Source of the DNA: Patescibacteria group bacterium
Lineage (GTDB): Bacteria > Patescibacteriota > Minisyncoccia > Phycocordibacterales > UBA2100
Direction of reading: 5' to 3'
DNA: 64,000 nt
NCBI GenBank assembly: GCA_038064835.1
Contig: JBBTSD010000001.1
Span: 28,422 to 92,421 of the forward strand
Part shown: positions 36,378 through 45,676 of the stretch, one piece after another
Position numbering within the stretch: the stretch's first letter is position 1
Layout: every line of letters starts with the position of its first letter
Program-made: the position numbers and the translations under genes
The notes under the pieces: generated by a model
Seen by the model: only the letters and a program-made list of their open reading frames with translations
Databases searched by the model: none
What the model was told of the DNA's origin: nothing

Positions 36378-38567
36378 TTACGCCTCCTGTGTCAGTGTTT
36401 TAATGGCGTCCACTACCATGTGCTCGTTTGGCAAACGGTAGTTCTCAAGCACCAGATGCGCAGGAATGGGTGAATTCAGTGCGGCAATACGCTTGATGCG
36501 TCCGCGAAGTTCGTAGAATGCTTCATCTTCAGCAATTGATGCAGAAATTTCTGCACCGAATCCCATAAACCGCGAGTCTTCGTGGAGAACAACCAAGCGA
36601 CCGGTCTTTCGCACTGATGCGAGGACGGTTTCTTTGTCCCACGGATTCAGAATACGCAGATCGATAACCTCCACGCTGATATCGTTTTGTGTTGCGAGTG
36701 TTTCTGCACTCGAAAGTGCCAGCTGGAGCATCTTGGGTCCGTATGTTACGAGGGTTACATCTTCTCCTTCGCGCCGCACAATGGCGGTGAATGGAGTGAA
36801 GTATTCGCCTTCGGGTACCGTACCTGCGACCCCGTAGAAACTCATTTCTTCCAAGAAGGCAACCATGTCTGGATCTCGAACGGCGCTTTTCAGAAGACCT
36901 TTCGCATCTTCGGGAGTTGCTGGTACCACTACTTTGATGCCGAGCGCTTTTAAGAGCCAAGTTTCCACCCAGTTCTCGTGATAGTGGTTTGACTGTGGTG
37001 CATAGCCCACGGGGCCACGCATCACGCCAGGAATACCCACACGATTCATGAAGGGTCGCGTTGCCGCGATGGTGAGCAAGGGGCTTGGGCCAGCGAGGAA
37101 AAAGTTCCAAAACTGGTATTCGCCAATCACTCGTCCACCAACAAGTCCCGCGCCGACAACAAATCCGCCAATCGCCGCTTCGTCAAGTGGTGTGTTATGG
37201 AGACGTCCCCGCCACTCCGTGAGGAGGGGGGCGGTCACTTCAAACACACCACCACCAGGGAAACCGACATCCTCGCCAATCATGTGGAGGAGTGGGTCAT
37301 GCGCGAATTCTTCGCGCAATGCCGATTGCAAGGCTTCTTTGAATGTCATACGACGGGTTGGCCCATGCGCAGGGTGTGCCTGCGCAAGCGCCGCGACCGT
37401 TGTGTTTGCGGGTTCCATCAATGTGGAACGATAGTTCTCGGGTGTTGGTTCCGGATCGAGCAACGCCTTTTGGTGGGCGTCCTCAACGCGTCTCTTCACA
37501 GTGTCGCGCAGTTCGGCATAGGCGTTTGCGCCAACATAACCGAGCTCTTCACATGCCATGCGCGTTTTGAAGAGCGGATCGCTTTCGCGTCCCATCCATA
37601 TCCCCAAAAATGCAGGATCGTACAAGTGCTTCAGATAGTCGGTGCGCTCGGTGCGATTGTGGCCGCTCCGGCGAAAGGTGACAGCGTTTATGAGCGCAGG
37701 ATGGTTTGCGTGTCGTGCAAAATCCAATAAGAACCAGGTGCCCAGATACATCTCGAATGCGTTGTCACCATCGAGTGTGAGCATGGGCATTTCATACGCG
37801 ACTGCTCGGTTTGAGAGGTCGATACCTCCGTACTCTTCGCGGGGTGGTGTACGGAGTGAAATTTGGTTGTTGTGAATCGCAAACACGACAGGTAGTTGCC
37901 ATGACTTGGCAAACTGCATACCGGCATGCGCCAGTCCGTTGGTCGACGCACCATCACCAATGATCGCCACACCAGCGATGCGTTTGTCTGGCGCAAGTGG
38001 TGTTCTCTCGTGATGCTCCTCGAAACGATTACGATACCAGGTTGCGCCGTTAATGAGTACAGCGGCCATTGCCATATCAGAGGCGAGGAAGCCAAGATCG
38101 TTTCGTTTCAAATCTCCAAAGTGAAGATTCGGATCGTAGCCTCCGGTCGGGCTTGTTGCGCGCATGAGATGCATGGTCCACAAATCGTAGACAGGCATCC
38201 CCCGTGCAAGCGCTGCAGATGCATTGCGATGATCGCGAGCAAGTATGTCGCCCGCACGCATTGCGTGTCCGATACCACTACCCACGGCTTCTTGCCCAAA
38301 GTTGTCGAGCAATGCCCCTTTGAATTCGCCAGCACGATAGCTAGCAAGAACGCTCTCGTTGAAGAGTCGATTCTCAAGCACGGTCGTCAAAAGTGCACGA
38401 CCGAGATTTTCATCGCACAAAGCTATGTGTGCATGCAACCGTTCAAGGCTCTCTTTGAGCAGTGTGAGATACTCGGGGCGGTCCTTCCATGAGCGGTAGC
38501 GATTTTTCGCAACACTGACAAACTCGGCCATCTGGCATTCGAATGTGTGCGCTATTTTCTCTAGCAT
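36378..38567 (-). CDS. 2-oxoacid dehydrogenase E1 alpha/beta fusion (TPP-dependent)
   Basis: GQEA, TPP motif GDGA...NN, FR..GH, beta part GEDV...GGVF, NTPLDE, DAKGLL, EVIDLR...P.D, KTGRL. Start placed at ATG 38567 (AAGGA upstream); the track extends to TTG 38639. Confidence 0.9.
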   Translation of the reverse strand: MLEKIAHTFECQMAEFVSVAKNRYRSWKDRPEYLTLLKESLERLHAHIALCDENLGRALLTTVLENRLFNESVLASYRAGEFKGALLDNFGQEAVGSGIGHAMRAGDILARDHRNASAALARGMPVYDLWTMHLMRATSPTGGYDPNLHFGDLKRNDLGFLASDMAMAAVLINGATWYRNRFEEHHERTPLAPDKRIAGVAIIGDGASTNGLAHAGMQFAKSWQLPVVFAIHNNQISLRTPPREEYGGIDLSNRAVAYEMPMLTLDGDNAFEMYLGTWFLLDFARHANHPALINAVTFRRSGHNRTERTDYLKHLYDPAFLGIWMGRESDPLFKTRMACEELGYVGANAYAELRDTVKRRVEDAHQKALLDPEPTPENYRSTLMEPANTTVAALAQAHPAHGPTRRMTFKEALQSALREEFAHDPLLHMIGEDVGFPGGGVFEVTAPLLTEWRGRLHNTPLDEAAIGGFVVGAGLVGGRVIGEYQFWNFFLAGPSPLLTIAATRPFMNRVGIPGVMRGPVGYAPQSNHYHENWVETWLLKALGIKVVVPATPEDAKGLLKSAVRDPDMVAFLEEMSFYGVAGTVPEGEYFTPFTAIVRREGEDVTLVTYGPKMLQLALSSAETLATQNDISVEVIDLRILNPWDKETVLASVRKTGRLVVLHEDSRFMGFGAEISASIAEDEAFYELRGRIKRIAALNSPIPAHLVLENYRLPNEHMVVDAIKTLTQEA

Positions 38568-38757
38568 GACTCTTGTCCTTTGTTGACAATGTTCAGCTTC
38601 TGCATCATTTCTACTCGCTTCCAAAATATGCGCAAGCAAAAGGAGATTGGACAGTCAGTGCGCTCACTCACCCCTGTAAGATGTTCGACTTCGTAAGTCG
38701 AACACGGGGACAATTCTGTGCAATTACACAGTAGGGAAAAAGTGCACGAACGACCCA

Positions 38758-38785
38758 TTGACAAATAACAAAAATGTCCTAGTAT
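38758..38785 (+). promoter_or_regulatory. Sigma70-type promoter for the flotillin gene
   Basis: TTGACA, 16 nt, TAGTAT. Confidence 0.55.
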
Positions 38786-38840
38786 CAAATAAGCTCCGCA
38801 CAGGTGCGGATGCTCTCTGAGAAAGAGAAGGGAAAGAAGA

Positions 38841-40202
38841 ATGACCTCCATTTTGACTACTGGCGCCATGGTGCTGGTACCGCTTGCCATCGTGGCAGCG
38901 ATACTGCTCATTGCGATGATGTTCCGCACGGTGGTCGAGACCAATCGGGTCCACATCGTGCAATCACGAAAACAGACCATTTCCTATGGAACTGGTCAAG
39001 CGGCCGGGAATGTGTACTACAACTGGCCGAGCAAGTTTCCGGTCATCGGCATCACGCGCATTATCTTGCCCGTGAGCAACTTTGATCTGCCACTTCATCA
39101 GTACAAGGCATACGACAAAGACCGCGTGCCGTTCGAGCTCGATGTCGTCGCGTTCTTCCGCATCAAGGATACGAATCATGCGGCCGAACGCGTTTCGAAC
39201 TTCGATGATCTCAAGCATCAGCTTCTGGCAATCGTCCAGGGCGCGGTGCGAAAGATTCTCGCTTCGCACGACATCAACCAGATCATGGTGGATCGTGCAA
39301 CTTTCGGCCAGCAGTTCACGGTCGAAGTGGCAACCGAACTTGCTAATTGGGGCGTCGAGCCAGTAAAGAACATGGAGCTGATGGATATCCGCGATGCGGA
39401 CGGCTCCGCTGTCATTGCCAACATCATGGCAATGAAGGCGTCTCACATTGAAATGTCGTCCCGGACTGAAGTCGCTCGCAACAAGCAAGAAGCCGAGACC
39501 GCCGAGATCAATGCTCGGCAGGTTGTCGAGGTTCGCCGGCAACACGCCGAACAGGCGGTTGGCGAGCGGACAGCAGAAAAAGACAAGGCAGTTGGCATCG
39601 CAACGCAAAAGGCGGCGCAGGAAGTGAAGGTCGAAGAGGCCGCTACTCGCGAAAAGGAAATGATTGTCATCCGCGTCCAGCAGGTCAGGCAAGCTGAGAT
39701 CACCCGAGATCAGCAAGTTGTGGCGGCCGAGCAGGACCGACAGACGCGCGTCATCATGGCCGAGGGCAACCTCGAAGCCACTAAGCGGCATGCCGAAGGT
39801 GTTCGCCTCGAAGGCGAGGCCAAGGGCGCTGCCGAACAGGCCATGCAGATGGCTCCGGTCAATGCGCAGATCGCGCTTGCCGAGAAAATCGCCGAGTTGG
39901 AAGGCTATCAGCAGTATCTGACGGCAATCAAGGCTATCGAGGCGCATGTTGCCGTCGGTAGCAAGCAGGCCGAAGCGTTGAAAGCGGCTGATATCAAGGT
40001 CATCGCCAACACAGGGAAGCCCACCGAAGGTGTGAGCAGTGTCATGGACCTGTTCACCTCGAAGGGAGGCACCGATGTTGCCGCGATGGTTGAGGCAGTG
40101 GCACAGAGCCCCTTGGGCAAGGCGGCATTGGAGAAGCTGGGCATCGTTGCTCAGACCCCCGAGAAGCGCGCGTCTACCGGCAACGGTCAGGCGCACAGCT
40201 AA
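38841..40202 (+). CDS. Flotillin-like SPFH protein
   Basis: N-terminal TM, SPFH domain (VPF..DVVAFFRI), long Ala/Glu-rich coiled coil (AEG..EA...EGEA.G.AE). Confidence 0.88.
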   Translation: MTSILTTGAMVLVPLAIVAAILLIAMMFRTVVETNRVHIVQSRKQTISYGTGQAAGNVYYNWPSKFPVIGITRIILPVSNFDLPLHQYKAYDKDRVPFELDVVAFFRIKDTNHAAERVSNFDDLKHQLLAIVQGAVRKILASHDINQIMVDRATFGQQFTVEVATELANWGVEPVKNMELMDIRDADGSAVIANIMAMKASHIEMSSRTEVARNKQEAETAEINARQVVEVRRQHAEQAVGERTAEKDKAVGIATQKAAQEVKVEEAATREKEMIVIRVQQVRQAEITRDQQVVAAEQDRQTRVIMAEGNLEATKRHAEGVRLEGEAKGAAEQAMQMAPVNAQIALAEKIAELEGYQQYLTAIKAIEAHVAVGSKQAEALKAADIKVIANTGKPTEGVSSVMDLFTSKGGTDVAAMVEAVAQSPLGKAALEKLGIVAQTPEKRASTGNGQAHS

Positions 40203-40221
40203 TCTTTGAGAACAGTTTTTG

Positions 40222-40256
40222 AAGCGGGCGCCACAAGCGCCCGCTTTTCTTTTTTC
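40222..40256 (+). terminator. Intrinsic terminator
   Basis: aagcgggcgc-cacaa-gcgcccgctt followed by a T-rich tail. Confidence 0.88.
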
Positions 40257-40278
40257 GCACAGTGCGTATCATGTCTTT

Positions 40279-40611
40279 ATGGAAAACACACAAGCACCAA
40301 TCGAAAAAAAGCAGGGAGCACTTGGAGGATTCATGCAGTTTATTCGCGAGCAAGGAGTGGTAGGACTCGCCGTAGGTTTTATTTTAGGAGGCGCTGTTTC
40401 AAAAGTCGTGTCTTCCCTCGTGCAAGACATTATCAATCCGTTGCTGGGTATGGTGCTTGGTTCGACTGAAAGTCTCGCCGGAATGGCAATCGGACCCGTA
40501 AAACTCGGTGCATTCGTCGGTGTGATGATTGACTTCGTGATTGTCGCGGCCGTTATCTATTTCGTCTTCAAACAACTCGGTTTTGACAAGATGGACAAGA
40601 AAAAAGCCTAA
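40279..40611 (+). CDS. mscL: Large-conductance mechanosensitive channel
   Basis: F..FI...GVVGLAVGFILGGA...VVSSLV.DII.P, GAF....IDF.IVA..IYF. Likely start ATG 40279. Confidence 0.9.
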   Translation: MENTQAPIEKKQGALGGFMQFIREQGVVGLAVGFILGGAVSKVVSSLVQDIINPLLGMVLGSTESLAGMAIGPVKLGAFVGVMIDFVIVAAVIYFVFKQLGFDKMDKKKA

Positions 40612-41255
40612 TGAAACGATCTCGCATCGCTTGCATTATCTTTGATTTAGACCGGTGTATTTTTGACACCAGTTCCATGGGGCCAGAGGTGCTGGAGCCG
40701 ATACGAAAAGTAATCCGAGAGTCAAATCTTTCAGACACATGTAAAACCCAAGCGCAGGATTTATTACTCACCACCTCGCTCACTGATCTTGCTTGTGCTT
40801 GCGAGATTCCTGAATCAGTCGTTTCACAGATGCGCGCCGCGTATCGTTCCATGACGGTTCCGGCGCAAGCTCGTTCGTATGGAGATGAACAAGTGATAGC
40901 CCAACTGCCAGGTGAGAAAATTTTGGTGACCACTGGATTCGAACGGTTCCAGCGAGAAAAGATTGCACATACAGGTGTCACACGATTGTTCAGCATGATT
41001 GTCATTGACGCAGTGGACGATGTATCGATTCGGAAAGGAAAAGAAAAAATTTTCAGCAATCTGGCGCACGAACGAGCGCTTCCCATGGAAGCGATATGTG
41101 TGGTGGGTGATAGTCCTGATTCGGAGTTGGGTGCAGGAAAACGCTTGGGGATGGTCACGGTGCAGACACTTCGCCCAGGCGTTGTGCCGTGGGACGGTGC
41201 TGATTACCGCATCCAGAATCTGAGAGAATTGACGACAATTATTGAGGGTGCGTAA
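40611..41255 (+). CDS. HAD-family hydrolase
   Basis: IIFDLD.C, LVTTG, K, VVGDS..SE..AG..LG. Confidence 0.85.
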   Translation: MKRSRIACIIFDLDRCIFDTSSMGPEVLEPIRKVIRESNLSDTCKTQAQDLLLTTSLTDLACACEIPESVVSQMRAAYRSMTVPAQARSYGDEQVIAQLPGEKILVTTGFERFQREKIAHTGVTRLFSMIVIDAVDDVSIRKGKEKIFSNLAHERALPMEAICVVGDSPDSELGAGKRLGMVTVQTLRPGVVPWDGADYRIQNLRELTTIIEGA

Positions 41256-41291
41256 GATGTCCATCGAGCGTGTCTTTGGTAGGCTCTGTTG

Positions 41292-42761
41292 ATGTTTGTT
41301 GGCGCGCTACTTGGTTTTGTGGTGGGGATTGGTCTTGGCGAGATTACTCCGGCCGGCTTTGCAGGGGCAACCGCACTCATGGCAATGGGTGCTTTTTTAG
41401 CATGGATACCAGTCATGTGGCGTGTGCGTATCATCTGTGTTGGATTCTGTATCGGGTGTGCGTTCGGAATCATGCGTACCTCGCTCGTCAGTCCCTCTGC
41501 CGATGTAACTCTAGACTCTTTTGTAAGTGAACGAATTGTGATAACGGGACGCGTTGTCGATGAGCCGGACAAGCGGGACCAGGCAACACTGATTACTGTC
41601 TTGCCAACGATAGTGCGTGTGGGGGATCAGGAGTTGAATGTTGAATCTGGAGTGCGTGTGTTGGCAAAACTACCGCGCGACAGCGAAGTGTTCTACGCTG
41701 ACACTGTGACTGTGCGCGGCCGATTGGCATTACCAAAAGCGTTTGAAACTGATGGGGGTAGATTTTTTGACTATCCAGGATATTTACAGACACGAGGGAT
41801 CGGGTATGTGCTTGAGTGGGCACAACTTGTAGAAGTGAATGATGGTGGATTTACTGCGCGCGGATTTCTTTTTTCAGCAAAGCGGTGGTATGTGGAGGGG
41901 TTGGGCGCAGCTCTTCCCGAACCGTATGCGTCGCTTGCAGGGGGTATTACAGTGGGCGACAAGCGATCTGTTGGCGAAGATCTATCAGAAGTATTTCGTG
42001 CCACCGGCCTCTCACACATCATCGTGCTTTCAGGGTACAACATCACTGTCGTAGTCACGGCACTCTTGTCCGCACTCGCATCACTTTCAATTCGAAATCG
42101 CTCGGTGGTTGGTGTCTTGGTCATTCTCGCATTCATTATGATGACGGGAGCGAGTGCGAGTGGTGTGCGCGCCGGCATCATGGCGTCAGTAGTGCTTTTG
42201 GCGGGGATATTGCATCGCCGATATGCCGCCTCGCGCGCGTTGCTGTGCGCCACTACAGTGATGCTTGTGTGGAACCCGCTTCTGCTACTTCATGACCCCG
42301 GTTTCCAATTGAGCATTGTAGCAACGGTCGGTGTCATATGGGGCACGCCTCTCGCAGAAAAATTACTGCGATGGACTACTGTGCGGTGGGGTATGCGCGA
42401 AATTCTTGCAAGCACGATTGCGGCACAGGTAGTCGTGTTGCCACTACTCTTGTACCAAAACGGTTTGTTTTCAGTCCTGTCGTTTCCGGCGAATGCCCTG
42501 GTGCTCCCTTTTGTGCCTGTGGCAATGGCCGCATCGTTTGTGGCTGGTATTGTGGCGGCAGTGAGCGCGCCATTAGGAATCATTGTTGGATTGCCAGCAT
42601 ATCTACTACTTTTGTACATGGTACACATTGCTGAAACACTCGCCTCGTTTTCGTTTGCGACGGTAACCTTTCCATCTTTCAGCATAGCAGTACTCTTTTG
42701 TGTATATAGTGTGATGGCAGGGGCTTTTCTATGGCATGAGAAAAACCGCACGGAGTGTTAG
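41292..42761 (+). CDS. comEC: ComEC/Rec2 competence protein, membrane channel and OB part
   Basis: FDY..YL, TGLSHIIVLSGYN, GASASGVRA, NPLLL..DPGFQLS..AT, SFPAN. No C-terminal beta-lactamase domain. Confidence 0.9.
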   Translation: MFVGALLGFVVGIGLGEITPAGFAGATALMAMGAFLAWIPVMWRVRIICVGFCIGCAFGIMRTSLVSPSADVTLDSFVSERIVITGRVVDEPDKRDQATLITVLPTIVRVGDQELNVESGVRVLAKLPRDSEVFYADTVTVRGRLALPKAFETDGGRFFDYPGYLQTRGIGYVLEWAQLVEVNDGGFTARGFLFSAKRWYVEGLGAALPEPYASLAGGITVGDKRSVGEDLSEVFRATGLSHIIVLSGYNITVVVTALLSALASLSIRNRSVVGVLVILAFIMMTGASASGVRAGIMASVVLLAGILHRRYAASRALLCATTVMLVWNPLLLLHDPGFQLSIVATVGVIWGTPLAEKLLRWTTVRWGMREILASTIAAQVVVLPLLLYQNGLFSVLSFPANALVLPFVPVAMAASFVAGIVAAVSAPLGIIVGLPAYLLLLYMVHIAETLASFSFATVTFPSFSIAVLFCVYSVMAGAFLWHEKNRTEC

Positions 42762-43357
42762 TGTCCGATAGCTGAAAAACGCTCTTCTATCTTTTTCCAA
42801 TTAAGATTTTTTAAGAATGCGTCGATATGCTTTGCTTTTTCGGCTGGCACATGGTCCACCATGTAGGCATGTTCCCACATGTCCATGGCAAGGAGCACTT
42901 TCACATCAGCAAGCGTACCGAGCTCATGGTCTACTGTCCACCATATGTGGGGTGTTTTTCCTTTTTCATCCCATGCAAGTGTGCACCAACCACTTCCGCG
43001 ACTCATGCCAACTTTTTTAAAGTGCGCAATAAACGCATCCCACGATCCATATTTTTCCGTAAGTGCTATACCTAGTGTCGATTCGCGCGGCTCTGGTGTC
43101 GCGGCACCTTCAAATTGTGGAAAGTAAAACTCGTGCATGCGCATACCGTTGAATTCAAAACCAAGGCGCCGCCTGCATGACTCGATGGCAAATGCGTACT
43201 TCTCCGCGTCTTGCTTGGTGAGGTCGGAAATTTGTTCCCGAAGGATATTGATGTGCTTTACATAGCCCTGATAGAGACCAAGGTGCACATCAATCTGTTT
43301 TTGCGAGATGCCATCGAGTGCAGGAATCGCAAAAGGTATTGCTTCGTAGGTATGCAT
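42758..43357 (-). CDS. Fe/Mn superoxide dismutase family (atypical subgroup)
   Basis: H..LY.GYV, EFNGMRMHEFYF, GSGW, DMWEHAY. All four metal ligands are recognisable. Confidence 0.88.
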   Translation of the reverse strand: MHTYEAIPFAIPALDGISQKQIDVHLGLYQGYVKHINILREQISDLTKQDAEKYAFAIESCRRRLGFEFNGMRMHEFYFPQFEGAATPEPRESTLGIALTEKYGSWDAFIAHFKKVGMSRGSGWCTLAWDEKGKTPHIWWTVDHELGTLADVKVLLAMDMWEHAYMVDHVPAEKAKHIDAFLKNLNWKKIEERFSAIGH

Positions 43358-43404
43358 AGTGTGAATATTAGCTGAATAACAAAAGTGAGTATACCATCAC
43401 GCAC

Positions 43405-44253
43405 ATGAAGAAACGGCTATGGGTATCGTGGGCCTGTGTCGTGTTGGTCGCGCTTATCACCGTGACTATCCTCAGTATCTCTCGTGACAACGGGCGCTAC
43501 TTGCGCGTTTCTTTTCTCGATGTTGGGCAGGGAGATGCGATTTTTATCGAGTCTCCGACAGGATACCAGGTACTGATTGATGGGGGTCGCGACAGATCAG
43601 TGTTGCGCGAGCTTTCGCGCGAGATGCATTGGTATGATCGTTCAATCGACTTGGTGATCGCGACGCATCCCGACAGCGACCATATCAGTGGACTGAACGA
43701 CATACTTGATCGTTATCGTGTTGCCGAGATTTTTGATTCAGGAGTCGTGCATGATGCACCGGCGGCAATCTCGTTTCGAAAAAAATCCCAAGCCGAAGGT
43801 GCGCGAATGAGCGCCCCGTTGCGCGGGCAAGTTGTCGACATTGGTGGTGGCGCATACATCGAAATTTTGTTTCCCGATAGGCCGGTTCCACATCTTGAAA
43901 CAAATACCGCGTCGATTGTTGTACGCGTCGTGTACGGTGCGACTTCGTTTATGCTCACTGGAGATTCGCCACAAGTAATCGAAGAATATCTCGTCTATCT
44001 CGATGGTTCAGCATTACAAAGTACTGTGTTAAAAGCAGGACACCACGGATCACGGACATCGTCGTCACCGCAATTTGTGGCGACAGTCGCGCCTACATAC
44101 GCTGTGTATTCCCGAGGGTGCGACAACAGTTACGGGCATCCACATAAAGAGGTAGTAGCTATTTTTACTCAGATTGGTGTTCAAGTACGCGACACCTGTA
44201 CGGACTCGCGTGTAACATTTATATCCAACGGCTCGACCCTTATAGAACAATAG
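43405..44253 (+). CDS. ComEC-type metallo-beta-lactamase-fold nuclease (stand-alone)
   Basis: N-terminal TM. FLDVGQGD, LIDGG, THPDSDHISG, LTGD, LKAGHHGS, N.YGHP. Confidence 0.9.
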   Translation: MKKRLWVSWACVVLVALITVTILSISRDNGRYLRVSFLDVGQGDAIFIESPTGYQVLIDGGRDRSVLRELSREMHWYDRSIDLVIATHPDSDHISGLNDILDRYRVAEIFDSGVVHDAPAAISFRKKSQAEGARMSAPLRGQVVDIGGGAYIEILFPDRPVPHLETNTASIVVRVVYGATSFMLTGDSPQVIEEYLVYLDGSALQSTVLKAGHHGSRTSSSPQFVATVAPTYAVYSRGCDNSYGHPHKEVVAIFTQIGVQVRDTCTDSRVTFISNGSTLIEQ

Positions 44254-44325
44254 TTGACGAGATTTGTTGGCAAGAGCATAGTCGATGCAGTATCAAGGCA
44301 TTGAAAAACCAGAGAGGAGAATCAG

Positions 44326-45159
44326 GTGCGATTCATCTTGCGTCTGCTCGAGACCTTGCTTTTCCTAGTGTTTGCAGCAGGCTTCGCGTTTCTCACGCTT
44401 TCGGTGGTACTTCTCACCAACGATCGTGATCGCGAAGAGTCAGAAGACGGCTACGATCACTTTCTTACTGCGAATCTAAGGGTTGATGCGCCCTCATGGA
44501 GGCGATCGAGTCTTATGAAGACGCAAGTTGCCGGCAGCCAGATAGTGGTTCGCTGGCCGGGAAAGCTCGGCGAGGGGGCTACCGTTCGGTACCATTTTGT
44601 GGAAAAAATAACTGAGTTTCGTGGGACAGGGCCTGCAAGCTGTACTCGTATCGAACCCGTTACTCCAGAACGCGTTCGGGGAGTATCTGTTGAAATGTTT
44701 AAGGCAAAAATCGAAGACGCATTCAGACAGTGGTCGGCAGTGTCCGGCCTTGTGTTTACACAAGTTGATAGCCCTCAGGAAGCAGATCTTCTATTGGGCA
44801 TGTCTCCACTTGCGAACGGTTTGTCATATGTGCATCTTGGTGCTGCCGACTTCCTAATTGGCAACTCGCTTTTGGGAGAGCAGACTGTGTATGAGAAAGC
44901 CACGACTTGCTTTAGCTCAAAGATTTTTTGGGGGCATGGTTCGACGACATGGCGTCTCGGGTGGTCGGGGAATCTGGACGCGGTTTCTCTGCATGAGATT
45001 GGGCACACTATCGGACTCTTTCATACGCGACAACGAGACTCCGTGATGTGTGCAGGCAGTCATTGTTCGGAAGGAGTAGTGACTCTAGCAGTGGGAGATA
45101 TTGCTGCAGTTCAATATCTGTATGGCAAACCCAGAAGCGGGCGCACGGCACGCAAGTGA
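44326..45159 (+). CDS. Matrixin/M10-family zinc metalloprotease, membrane-anchored
   Basis: AF..WS.VS.L.F, HEIGHTIGLFH (HExxHxxGxxH), Met-turn SVM, DI..VQ.LYG. AGGAG ribosome-binding site. Confidence 0.88.
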   Translation: MRFILRLLETLLFLVFAAGFAFLTLSVVLLTNDRDREESEDGYDHFLTANLRVDAPSWRRSSLMKTQVAGSQIVVRWPGKLGEGATVRYHFVEKITEFRGTGPASCTRIEPVTPERVRGVSVEMFKAKIEDAFRQWSAVSGLVFTQVDSPQEADLLLGMSPLANGLSYVHLGAADFLIGNSLLGEQTVYEKATTCFSSKIFWGHGSTTWRLGWSGNLDAVSLHEIGHTIGLFHTRQRDSVMCAGSHCSEGVVTLAVGDIAAVQYLYGKPRSGRTARK

Positions 45160-45167
45160 TAGATGAG

Positions 45168-45193
45168 AAAAACCACGCTCCGGCGTGGTTTTT
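45168..45193 (+). terminator. Intrinsic terminator
   Basis: aaaaaccacgc-tccg-gcgtggttttt. Confidence 0.85.
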
Positions 45194-45259
45194 GTATAGT
45201 TGCTTTTTACGCCATATATGCTATAATGCAATTTGGGCAGGTGCTCGCAGGAGAGAAAA

Positions 45260-45607
45260 GTGACGAAAATCGCATACAGCCTGGTCATCGCTACGCTCGC
45301 GATGTGGGTCCTATTTCTCGTTGCGCCCGCAAAGGCGCAGACAACAGAGTGGCGCTACGAACGGCACTACCATGGGGAAACCTTCGGGAATCCTCATGGG
45401 TATCATGTGCGCCGGTATGGCTACCCGCTCGCGCTCCCGCGCAATTCCGGCTATGGACAATACCAGCGATACCCGACGCATCCGTCCTTCCGGCCCCCGG
45501 CTGAAGCGTGGCGTTCGGTTCCACGGTCCCATCAGCCGCGGCCCCACTGGTATGATCAAGGGCGCCCCTGCTGGCGCACCAGCAAGTACAATAGTTGGTG
45601 CCAGTAA
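45260..45607 (+). CDS. Small secreted Tyr/His/Pro/Arg-rich hypothetical protein
   Basis: Promoter TTGCTT, 16 nt, TATAAT (45200-45227). AGGAG ribosome-binding site, GTG start, signal peptide ending AKA|Q. Confidence 0.65.
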   Translation: MTKIAYSLVIATLAMWVLFLVAPAKAQTTEWRYERHYHGETFGNPHGYHVRRYGYPLALPRNSGYGQYQRYPTHPSFRPPAEAWRSVPRSHQPRPHWYDQGRPCWRTSKYNSWCQ

Positions 45608-45641
45608 GAAGGGGAAATAGAGCACGGTTTCAGAAAAAACA

Positions 45642-45665
45642 AAGGCCGCACTTTCGTGCGGCCTT
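45642..45665. terminator. Terminator hairpin between convergent genes
   Basis: aaggccgcac-tttc-gtgcggcctt with an A-tract on the left side. Confidence 0.8.
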
Positions 45666-45676
45666 CTTCCAATCCC

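Noticed and set aside
38641-38740. TPP riboswitch upstream of the TPP-dependent E1
   Set aside because: The conserved CUGAGA and CCUGA core was not found on the coding strand.
38964-40196. 410-aa antisense ORF
   Set aside because: It mirrors the flotillin gene. GC-rich codon usage on the plus strand suppresses antisense stops, and it has no recognisable motifs.
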